DNA from: Candidatus Iainarchaeum sp.
GTDB taxonomy: Archaea > Iainarchaeota > Iainarchaeia > Iainarchaeales > CSSED10-239
Assembly (NCBI GenBank): GCA_028700115.1
Contig: JAQVTI010000005.1
Span: forward strand, 1 to 32,000
Direction of reading: 5' to 3'
Length of the DNA: 32,000 nucleotides
Of the stretch, positions 8,166-15,973 are shown one piece after another. The translations under genes were made by a program, and so were the position numbers. Below the pieces are notes generated by a model, which was not told the DNA's origin, ran no database searches, and was given only the letters and a program-made list of their open reading frames with translations. The stretch's first letter is position 1, and every line of letters begins with the position of its first letter.

Positions 8166-10751
8166 CTATTCATGGAAAAAATTAATATTTTTTCCAAGAT
8201 ATGCTTTTTCTGGAGAAAGTCCATCATCACCATAAATATACTGTATATACTGTCCATCTGCTGTTTCTACAGATAATTTATCTGTTACAACTAAATCTTT
8301 TAAAGCATTTGAAAGTCTTCTATACAAATATCCAGAAACTTTTGTTGCAACACCTGTATCAATTTCACCTTGTCTTCCACCTATAGAATGTACAAAATAT
8401 TGTTTAGGATCTAACCCATCAAAAAAGTTAGATGTTACAAATCCATAATCCATAAGTGATTTTGTTCCAACAAGATTTGTACTTAAAAATCTATTTGAAA
8501 AACCTGCTTTTGGTCTTCCTGTTCTTACAGTTACAAGCCCCCAAAGTCCAACCATATTTACAATATTTGTAAGTCTTCCTCTAGATCCTCCAACACTTGC
8601 AAGCATAACAGAATGATTATTTGCAATTATTCTTTCATTAAAAATTTCATTAAACTTTAAATCTAAAATTTCATTAGAAACTTCATTTTTAGTTTCCCCA
8701 GCTGCAGAAATCATTTCAAGTTCAAATGTTTCTTCTAAATTTTTTCCAGATATTAATGGTAAAGTTTTATTTTCAAACTTTCTTATAATCCCATTTGTTT
8801 TTGCAACTAATTTTTTAACTTTTTCATCCATACTTTTTCTAAGTTTTTCTGGAGCATTATATTCATCTAAAGCAACAGTAAATCCTTTTTTAGAAAAAGT
8901 ATAAAAAACTAATTTACAAAGCTTATAATAAAATTCAACAAGTTTATCTTCAGGATAATGTCTAGAAATAACATCTATTAAATTTCTATGTTTTGTCATT
9001 TTTTCATCTAAAACTCCTGAAATTAATTTTCCTTTTTCAATTTTTAAAGAACAATCATATTTTTCTATATCTTTTTTTGTTATTTTTCCTTTAAGTTCTT
9101 TCAAAATAGTATATAACTTATTATTATATTCTATAGATAAATCTTTAGGAATAATTTGACTAACAATTAATTTACCAGAATACATTCCTTTTCCTCTATC
9201 TGAAGGAGGAAGTTCTTTTATACCAATTGAATATAACATTTCCATAGCTTCTTTTTTTGTAAAAATAGTATCTTTTTTTGTAAGTAAAAATGACCCAGAA
9301 ATTATGTCTTCTACAGGAGTAATCAATGGATTCCCATCTCTTAAACTAATTATATGTTTTTCAACCATCATTAAATTTTTTATTTCAGCAATAGAAGATT
9401 CACTTTGTGGGGCATGTATTTGCATTTCATCTCCATCAAAATCTGCATTATATGGAGCACATGCAATTGGATTTAATCTAAATGTTTTCCCTGGCAATAT
9501 TTTTACTTTGTGACCCATAATTGAAACTCTATGTAATGTAGGTTGTCTATTAAAAATAACTACATCACCATCTACAAGATTTCTTTTAACAATCATTCCT
9601 TCTTCAAGTGAATCTATAATATCTTTTTTAAATTCAGGAGATACAATTTTTCTTCTTCCATTTTTTGTAATTATATATTTTACCATATCTTTTTCTATAT
9701 ATTCTTTAATTTTTGGGAGATTCCAAAAAGTAATTTTTTCAGGAAAAGTTAATGTTTTTGCAACTTGTTCTGGAACTCCAAGTTCATCAATTGCAATTTC
9801 TGTAGAGGGAGTTATTGTAGATCTAGATGCAGAATTAACTCTTTTTCCAATTAAATTATATCTAAATCGTCCTTTTTTTCCTTGAAGTCTTTGAGCAAGA
9901 GTATTTAATGGTCTTCCAGATCTATGTTTTGCAGGTGGAACTCCTGCTGTATTATTATCAACATAAGTTGTTATATTATATTGTAAAAGATCCCATAAAT
10001 CTTCAACAATAATCTGTGGGGCTCCTGCATTAATATTTTCTAAAAGCCTATTATTTATTCTAACAATATTTAAAATCATATGTGTTAAATCACTTTCTGC
10101 AGTAATCACATTTTCTAAAGAAAGAGAAGGTCTTACAGTTACTGGAGGTACAGGAAGTGCACTTGAAATAAACCATTGTGGCTTTAGCTTATCAGAATAT
10201 CCAAATAAAAATAAATCATTATCTGGAACTTTTATAACCCAATCTAAAATTTCTGAAGCATACATTCTTTCTCCATCAAGATAAAAATTTGTAGGTTTAT
10301 CTAAAAGTAATTTAGGTTTTTCAAAACCACAATGTGGGCATTTTTTAATAGTTTTTATTCTTGTAATTAATTCCTTTACAGTTTTATCTATATCAAAAGA
10401 TTCTTTTAAAAAATCATTAATTTCTTCATCAGAAAGCATTATTCTTCCACAATCTTTACAAGTACATTGTAAAATAGAAAATATTTTTTCAGAAAATTTA
10501 GGGTGAATAACAGGTCTTACAAGTTCAATATGTCCAAAATGCCCAGGACAATCTTTCATAGTATGTCCACAAGTTTTACATCTAAGACCTGGAGAAATAA
10601 CTCCTAAATGAAGATCCATAACTCCTCTTTCAATAGGATATCCATCTTTATCATAAGTATCTGATCTAGATATTTCTACAGAAGACATTTTTCTAATAAT
10701 TTCTGGACTTAATATCCCAAATTCAATTGATTTAATTTTTTTAGTAGTCAT
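8166..10751 (-). CDS. rpoA1: DNA-directed RNA polymerase subunit A'
   Basis: The 861-aa product has the N-terminal zinc ribbon motifs (CKTCGHTMKDCPGHFGHIEL), the catalytic NADFDGDEM motif, and the FNRQPTLHRVSIMGH motif. Confidence 0.97.
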   Translation of the reverse strand: MTTKKIKSIEFGILSPEIIRKMSSVEISRSDTYDKDGYPIERGVMDLHLGVISPGLRCKTCGHTMKDCPGHFGHIELVRPVIHPKFSEKIFSILQCTCKDCGRIMLSDEEINDFLKESFDIDKTVKELITRIKTIKKCPHCGFEKPKLLLDKPTNFYLDGERMYASEILDWVIKVPDNDLFLFGYSDKLKPQWFISSALPVPPVTVRPSLSLENVITAESDLTHMILNIVRINNRLLENINAGAPQIIVEDLWDLLQYNITTYVDNNTAGVPPAKHRSGRPLNTLAQRLQGKKGRFRYNLIGKRVNSASRSTITPSTEIAIDELGVPEQVAKTLTFPEKITFWNLPKIKEYIEKDMVKYIITKNGRRKIVSPEFKKDIIDSLEEGMIVKRNLVDGDVVIFNRQPTLHRVSIMGHKVKILPGKTFRLNPIACAPYNADFDGDEMQIHAPQSESSIAEIKNLMMVEKHIISLRDGNPLITPVEDIISGSFLLTKKDTIFTKKEAMEMLYSIGIKELPPSDRGKGMYSGKLIVSQIIPKDLSIEYNNKLYTILKELKGKITKKDIEKYDCSLKIEKGKLISGVLDEKMTKHRNLIDVISRHYPEDKLVEFYYKLCKLVFYTFSKKGFTVALDEYNAPEKLRKSMDEKVKKLVAKTNGIIRKFENKTLPLISGKNLEETFELEMISAAGETKNEVSNEILDLKFNEIFNERIIANNHSVMLASVGGSRGRLTNIVNMVGLWGLVTVRTGRPKAGFSNRFLSTNLVGTKSLMDYGFVTSNFFDGLDPKQYFVHSIGGRQGEIDTGVATKVSGYLYRRLSNALKDLVVTDKLSVETADGQYIQYIYGDDGLSPEKAYLGKNINFFHE

Positions 10752-10822
10752 AATAAATACCTTTTTTCATATAAATTATATTTTTTTTAAGTTTTTAATT
10801 TAAAAATATTTTAAATAAAAAT

Positions 10823-12640
10823 TTATTCAATTTTATCTCCAATATTTAATTTTGGATAAACTCCTAAAGATTTAAGCTCATCTAAAAGTAATTTAAATCC
10901 ATAATTTATTTTTACTTTAGAAATATTACCACCATCACATATAGGGCAATATCTTCTATTTCTTATTTTATCATCAATTGCTAAAACACCACAATCATCA
11001 CAAACATAAACTTCTAATTCATCAGCATCATCCATCAACTTTTCATGTAAAAGCATAGCAGCACCATGTGAAACTAAAGCATCACCTTCCATTTCACCAA
11101 ATCTTAATCCCCCACCTTTTTCTTTACCTTCAGTAGGTTGTCTTGTAAGAAGTTGTATAGATCCTCCATCTCTTGCTTGAATTTTATTTGTAACTACATG
11201 ATATAATCTTTTAAAAGAAATTGGACCAACAAAAATAGGCATATCTATCTTTTCACCTGTGGTTCCATTATAAAATGTTTCTTTTCCATCTTCTCTAAAA
11301 CCATATTTTTTAAGAAGTTTAAAAATATAATCTTTATCTGCATAATATGCAGTACCATCTATTTCATCACCAAGTAAAGCTCCTGCTTTACCAGCAATTG
11401 TTTCAAAAAGATGACCTAATGTCATTCTTGAAGGAATAGAATGCGGATTCATAATAAAATCTGGTTTAATTCCAGAAGCAGTAAAAGGCATATCTGCTTC
11501 ATCAACAACAGCACCAATAACTCCTTTTTGCCCATGGTGAGATGAAAATTTATCCCCAATTTGAGGAATTAAAGTAGTTCTTACTTTAACTTTTGCAAGT
11601 TTAATTCCCCCAACTGTTTGAGAAACTAAAACTCTATCAATAAAACCATCTAAATGCTTTCTTGCAGTAACAGAAGATTCTCTTCTATCTTCAGAAACAA
11701 TTCCAAAATCAGAAATTTCTTCTACAAATCTTGGTGGAGAACTCATACCTATAATTACTCCTCCATTTGGAACATATGATTCTACATTTGCAAGACCATC
11801 TATTCCTAAAGAAACATATGCTTCTTCTCCTCTATAACCTAAAATATTTTCTGAAGGCACAATAAATTCATCTGCTTGCCCTGAAGGATATCTATTTTCT
11901 TGAGCAGAATAAGATCTATAATAAGATGATCTTCCTAATCCTCTTTCAATCGAACCTTTATTTAAAATCATTGCATCAAGCATATTATATCCTTCAAAAG
12001 GCATAATTGCAACAACACAATTTTGAATCATTGGTCTTTTATCAATTCCAAGCATTTTTTCAGTTCTAGTTGTAACTAATGGTTTTTGAGGATAATATAA
12101 AACATGCATTTCTGTATCAAATCTGTTTTTATAATTTATAGAAGGAAGCCCAACTGCTTGTTTAAAAATTTTAGCACCAAAAATAGCTTTTCCAGCCATA
12201 TTATGATTAATAAAAGGAATCATAGATGAAATTATACTAAAAATTGCAGTCCCTGAAATTTCTAAATGTGTATGATCCGGAGTAATATCTTTTTCATCAA
12301 TTGCAACTAATGCATTTTCTTCTTCTTCTGCATCAAGATATTCAATTATTCCTTTTTCAATTAAATCATTCCAATGTAATTTATTTTCTTTAACTTCTTG
12401 ATAAATTTCTTTTGTAAGTTTAGATTTCCCATTATCTAAAATAATTAAAGGTCTTTGAAGTCTTCCAGAATCTGTACTTAAATAAAGTTCATTTATATCT
12501 TTTATATAAGAAATATTTATTTGGGCATCAATTTCTCCTTTTCGTCTTTTTTTAATAAGATCATTTTTTAATTTTTCAGGATTATTACTAAAACCTATTA
12601 AACTTCCATTTATATAAACTTTACATTTATTTATTGCCAT
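10823..12640 (-). CDS. rpoB1: DNA-directed RNA polymerase subunit B' (C-terminal half of subunit B)
   Basis: The 605-aa product contains GDKFSSHHGQKGV, MNPHSIPSRMTLG, GGLRFGEME and a C-terminal Cys4 zinc motif (CDDCG...CPICDG). Confidence 0.97.
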   Translation of the reverse strand: MAINKCKVYINGSLIGFSNNPEKLKNDLIKKRRKGEIDAQINISYIKDINELYLSTDSGRLQRPLIILDNGKSKLTKEIYQEVKENKLHWNDLIEKGIIEYLDAEEEENALVAIDEKDITPDHTHLEISGTAIFSIISSMIPFINHNMAGKAIFGAKIFKQAVGLPSINYKNRFDTEMHVLYYPQKPLVTTRTEKMLGIDKRPMIQNCVVAIMPFEGYNMLDAMILNKGSIERGLGRSSYYRSYSAQENRYPSGQADEFIVPSENILGYRGEEAYVSLGIDGLANVESYVPNGGVIIGMSSPPRFVEEISDFGIVSEDRRESSVTARKHLDGFIDRVLVSQTVGGIKLAKVKVRTTLIPQIGDKFSSHHGQKGVIGAVVDEADMPFTASGIKPDFIMNPHSIPSRMTLGHLFETIAGKAGALLGDEIDGTAYYADKDYIFKLLKKYGFREDGKETFYNGTTGEKIDMPIFVGPISFKRLYHVVTNKIQARDGGSIQLLTRQPTEGKEKGGGLRFGEMEGDALVSHGAAMLLHEKLMDDADELEVYVCDDCGVLAIDDKIRNRRYCPICDGGNISKVKINYGFKLLLDELKSLGVYPKLNIGDKIE

Positions 12641-12677
12641 AATTATTACACATTTTTTTATTTTTATATATTATATT

Positions 12678-14135
12678 TTAAATATTAATTTCTTCAACAT
12701 CAATATTTTTTAAAACAACTTCATTAGAAACATCTGTAGTTACTCTTGCCATAAGAGATAAATTTTTAGAAAGTCCACAATTTGGCCCATCAGGAGTTTC
12801 TATAGGACAAAGTCTTCCCCAATGAGTTCCATGAACATCTCTTGCTTCATAAAGTTCTCTTTGAGAATCTAATGTAGATTTTACTTTTCTCATATTTGTA
12901 AGTGGAGCAACATAATTTACTCTATCTAAAAAAGCACAAACACCTGTAATTTGACCAATCCAAGTTCCTGTTGAAACAGCAAAATTAATTCTATCTGTAA
13001 TTGCATTAGGTCTAATTACAGTTGTTATATTTAATTTTCTATGTCTTGAAATAGTTCTATCTATTTGAAATTTTAAATCATTTATAAAATGTTTAAAAGA
13101 ATATCTAAATAAATTTTCCATAAGCTTCCCAGAAAGTTCTAATCTTTTATTAGAATAATGATCTTTATCTGCATCTGGTCTTAAATTATATGCTTTTTCT
13201 ATAATTTTTGTAGCCATTGTAATTAAATAATAAGCTTTTGCAGTTCTATCTTTTTTATCTTGACCAATATGAGGAAGTAAAAAAGAATCAATAACTTCTT
13301 GAGCTCTTCTAAGTCTATATGTTTGTGTTTGAGAAGGCGCTACAGCTTTTCCAATTTTATCTAATGCTTCTTGATTAGAAGTACATTCTATTTTATCAAG
13401 ATTTAATAAAATTTCATTTCTAATTATTTTTTCATCAGAAAAAAGTTCTATAATTTTATTTTCTTTTTCAATACCAAGTGCATTAATTAATTCTACTAAT
13501 GCTAATTTTCTTGGAGAAGATGGAAAAGTAACATATAAAAGTCCTTCTGTATTTCTTTCAATTTTAACTTTTCCTTTAAAAGCACCTTTTACAGAAATAA
13601 CTTGTGCTTTTATAACTCCTAAATCAGTCTCCCCAAGTAATATTCTATCTAATGCTAAAACTTCTTGTGTAATTAAAGATTTTTCAGAACCATTTACAAC
13701 AAAATATCCCCCAAAATCCATTGGGTCCTCTCCAAAATCAATAAGATCTTGATTTGAAAGTCCATGTAAATTACAATATTTTGATTTTACAATTATAGGA
13801 ATATCTCCTACATAAACTCTTTTTTCATCAATTTTCACATTTTTTCTAAAAAGTTCAATATCTAAATAAATAGACCCTGCATAAGTCATATTTCTTTGTC
13901 TTGCTTCCATTGGAGTTAATCTAACTCTTGCACTTCTATCTGCTTCATTTATTTCAGGTCTTGTTATTTCTACATTTGATAGTTTTATTAAAACATTATT
14001 ATTACATTCAATTTCAGAATATTCTTGAATAATTTCTGGAATTTTTTCATCAATAAACTGATCAAAAGATTTTATTCTTTGATATATTGGTCCATATTGT
14101 TTATAATAAGATTCAATTAATGCCCATTTGTCCAT
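12678..14135 (-). CDS. rpoB2: DNA-directed RNA polymerase subunit B'' (N-terminal half of subunit B)
   Basis: The 485-aa product contains ...GGYFVVNGSEKSLITQE..., DHYSNKRLELSGKLM and ARDVHGTHWGRLCPIETPDGPNCGLSKNL. It is in a different frame from B' (TAA stop, 37-nt gap), so this is a genuine gene split. Confidence 0.97.
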   Translation of the reverse strand: MDKWALIESYYKQYGPIYQRIKSFDQFIDEKIPEIIQEYSEIECNNNVLIKLSNVEITRPEINEADRSARVRLTPMEARQRNMTYAGSIYLDIELFRKNVKIDEKRVYVGDIPIIVKSKYCNLHGLSNQDLIDFGEDPMDFGGYFVVNGSEKSLITQEVLALDRILLGETDLGVIKAQVISVKGAFKGKVKIERNTEGLLYVTFPSSPRKLALVELINALGIEKENKIIELFSDEKIIRNEILLNLDKIECTSNQEALDKIGKAVAPSQTQTYRLRRAQEVIDSFLLPHIGQDKKDRTAKAYYLITMATKIIEKAYNLRPDADKDHYSNKRLELSGKLMENLFRYSFKHFINDLKFQIDRTISRHRKLNITTVIRPNAITDRINFAVSTGTWIGQITGVCAFLDRVNYVAPLTNMRKVKSTLDSQRELYEARDVHGTHWGRLCPIETPDGPNCGLSKNLSLMARVTTDVSNEVVLKNIDVEEINI

Positions 14136-14140
14136 TTAAA

Positions 14141-14149
14141 ATCACACCT
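14141..14149 (-). promoter_or_regulatory. Shine-Dalgarno-like AGGTGTGAT upstream of rpoB''
   Basis: The minus strand reads tttaAAGGTGTGATtttaaATG, with the motif ending 5 nt before the ATG at 14135. Confidence 0.5.
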
Positions 14150-14189
14150 TTAAAAATATAATTTAAAAAATAATTTAAAATTAATTTAA

Positions 14190-14588
14190 TTAATCTTTAA
14201 CTACTCTTCTATAATATAAAGTTTCCCCAACATTTGAATTTTTTCTTTTAATTTCGATTATATCTCCAACTTTAACTTCTAAATGCCTAATTGCTTTATC
14301 AGAAATAAATATAATAGGCATTCTTTCTGAAGATAAGTCTTTTTCTGAAAGTTTTAAAACTTCTTCTTGATCTAAAATCCTATGCTCTGGGATATAACTA
14401 TGAATAACTTGATCTTTTAATCTTCTTTCTCTTCTATTTTTCTTTTTATATGCTTTTTCTTTTGGTTCTTTTTTTTCTTTTGTTTTTGATTTAGAACTAG
14501 TTATATCTAAGATTTCAACATCTTTAATTTCTTCTTTTGAAAAAACTTTTTTAGATTTTGTTTCTTTTTTTACCAAAATAAACACCAT
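14190..14588 (-). CDS. rpoH: DNA-directed RNA polymerase subunit H (Rpb5 C-terminal-domain homologue) with a ~60-aa Lys-rich N-terminal extension
   Basis: The C-terminal 70 aa (IPEHRILDQEEVLKLSEKDLSSERMPIIFISDKAIRHLEVKVGDIIEIKRKNSNVGETLYYRRVV) match the RpoH pattern. The gene is first in the rpoH-B-A cluster. It starts at an ATG at 14588, and there is no internal Met before the conserved domain. Confidence 0.85.
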   Translation of the reverse strand: MVFILVKKETKSKKVFSKEEIKDVEILDITSSKSKTKEKKEPKEKAYKKKNRRERRLKDQVIHSYIPEHRILDQEEVLKLSEKDLSSERMPIIFISDKAIRHLEVKVGDIIEIKRKNSNVGETLYYRRVVKD

Positions 14589-15068
14589 TTTTATAATTTT
14601 TAATAAATTTCCATAATATAATTTTTAATTAAATTATTATTCAAAAAAACACCTTTGATCTTTAAATAAAGAAAAAAGATAAATGATTAGATTATTATTT
14701 TTATACTCTTTAATATTATTAAAAATAGTTATAAATATACTTTTTTTAAAAAATAGCACAAATAATGCCACAGATAAATAGAAAGATGATAATAAGAGCA
14801 TAAAGTAATATAAGAAACGAAAACTTTATAAACTGTTTGTTGTTTTCCTCTAAAAAATAAAAGAATAATTTAAAAACAAATTTTATTAATTATTATTAAT
14901 TAGATTATAATTTTTAAAAAATATAATTATTATTAAAATGCTATTTTTAATAATATAAATAATGTATATTATATAAATAAATTTTAAAATAATATTTATA
15001 ACAAAAATTATAACAAAATAATTATTAAAAATAAAAATTATTTAATTATAAAATATATAAAAAAATAT

Positions 15069-15136
15069 TTTTAAAAATAAATAAAAAAAAATTTTAAAAA
15101 TAAAGAAAATAATTTTTTTAAAAATAAAGAAAACAA
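15069..15136. repeat. Three degenerate tandem copies of ttttaaaaataaRgaaaaYaa upstream of the KaiC-like gene
   Basis: The copies lie at about 15069-15089, 15092-15112 and 15116-15136 on the plus strand. The last two are identical at 20 of 21 positions. The array ends ~55 bp before the ATG at 15192. This is a low-complexity context, so the significance is uncertain. Confidence 0.45.
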
Positions 15137-15191
15137 TTATAAATATAACTAATAATATATATATAATATAAAAATAATTGAGTTGAAAAAT

Positions 15192-15902
15192 ATGGAACGA
15201 GTACCAACAGGTGTAAAAGGTTTTGATGAACTTATACAAGGAGGAATCCCAAAAGGAGCTTCTGTTTTAGTTTCTGGAGGAGCAGGTTCTGGAAAAACAA
15301 TTTTTGCAACTACATTTATTTATGAAGGTGCAAGAAAATTTGGAGATCCAGGTCTTTTTGTAACAGTTGAAGGAAATTTAAAAAACATTGTATGGAATAT
15401 GGAAAATTTTGGATGGGATATTAAATCTTTAGAACAAAAAAATTTAATGAAAATATATAGAATGCATATTGACCCTAGAAAACCTGTTGAACCACAAATA
15501 GACAAAGAATTAGATATTATTACTTCTATGGTAAAAGATATTGGTGCAACAAGACTAACAATAGATTCAACAACATCTTTTGGGGCATGGATGTCTGATC
15601 AAGGAAAATTAAGAAATTTATTATTTAGATTTGTAGATTCTTTAAAAGATTTAAATTGTACAACTATGCTTACAGCAGAAACAAAAGGTGGAGCAAGAGA
15701 TTTTAGTGCATATGGTGTTGAAGAATTTGTAGTTGATGGAATTTTTGCAATGTATTTTATTCCACCAAATAGATCTATTTTTATAAGAAAATTAAGAGGT
15801 ACAAAACATTCTCAAAGCGTTCATCCTTGTGAAATTACAGAACATGGATTAGATATAAAACCTAAAGATGAAGTTATGTGGAGTGCAATTAAACAATATT
15901 AG
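15192..15902 (+). CDS. Single-domain KaiC-like / RecA-superfamily ATPase
   Basis: The product begins MERVPTGVKGFDELIQGGIPKGASVLVSGGAGSGKTIFATTFIYEG, which includes the Walker A motif. It also contains ATRLTIDSTT (Walker B-like) and ...FIRKLRGTKHSQSVHPCEITEHGLDI, a typical archaeal KaiC-type (COG0467-like) pattern. The track start at 15183 is a TTG, and the ATG is at 15192. This is the only plus-strand gene. Confidence 0.85.
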   Translation: MERVPTGVKGFDELIQGGIPKGASVLVSGGAGSGKTIFATTFIYEGARKFGDPGLFVTVEGNLKNIVWNMENFGWDIKSLEQKNLMKIYRMHIDPRKPVEPQIDKELDIITSMVKDIGATRLTIDSTTSFGAWMSDQGKLRNLLFRFVDSLKDLNCTTMLTAETKGGARDFSAYGVEEFVVDGIFAMYFIPPNRSIFIRKLRGTKHSQSVHPCEITEHGLDIKPKDEVMWSAIKQY

Positions 15903-15973
15903 ATTTTTTTAAAATTTTCTAAAAAAATCTTTTTTTTTATTTTATAATTTATTTAAATAATTATATTAAAAAA

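Noticed and set aside
8201-9513. Plus-strand track ORFs 8201..8386 and 9304..9513
   Set aside because: Both are antisense to highly conserved parts of rpoA'. They are shadow ORFs.
14637-14801. A 54-aa hydrophobic minus-strand ORF (MLLLSSFYLSVALFVLFF...) in the long divergent intergenic region
   Set aside because: It is short, has no SD-like GTGA motif or conserved motif, and ORFs of this size and composition are expected by chance here. I mention it only as something RNA-seq or proteomics could revisit.
14589-15191. The long AT-rich divergent intergenic region as a replication origin
   Set aside because: I found no ORB-like repeats with G-strings, there is no adjacent orc1/cdc6, and gene orientation returns to the minus strand immediately after the single plus-strand gene.
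15042-15239. A 65-aa minus-strand ORF (MYKFIKTFYTCWYSF...IFFYIFYN)
   Set aside because: It is a translation of an A/T homopolymer-rich intergenic repeat region, and its start overlaps the 5' end of the KaiC-like gene. It is an Ile/Phe/Lys/Tyr artefact of base composition.
15320-15505. A 61-aa minus-strand ORF inside the KaiC-like gene
   Set aside because: It is antisense to a conserved ATPase domain and has no independent support.
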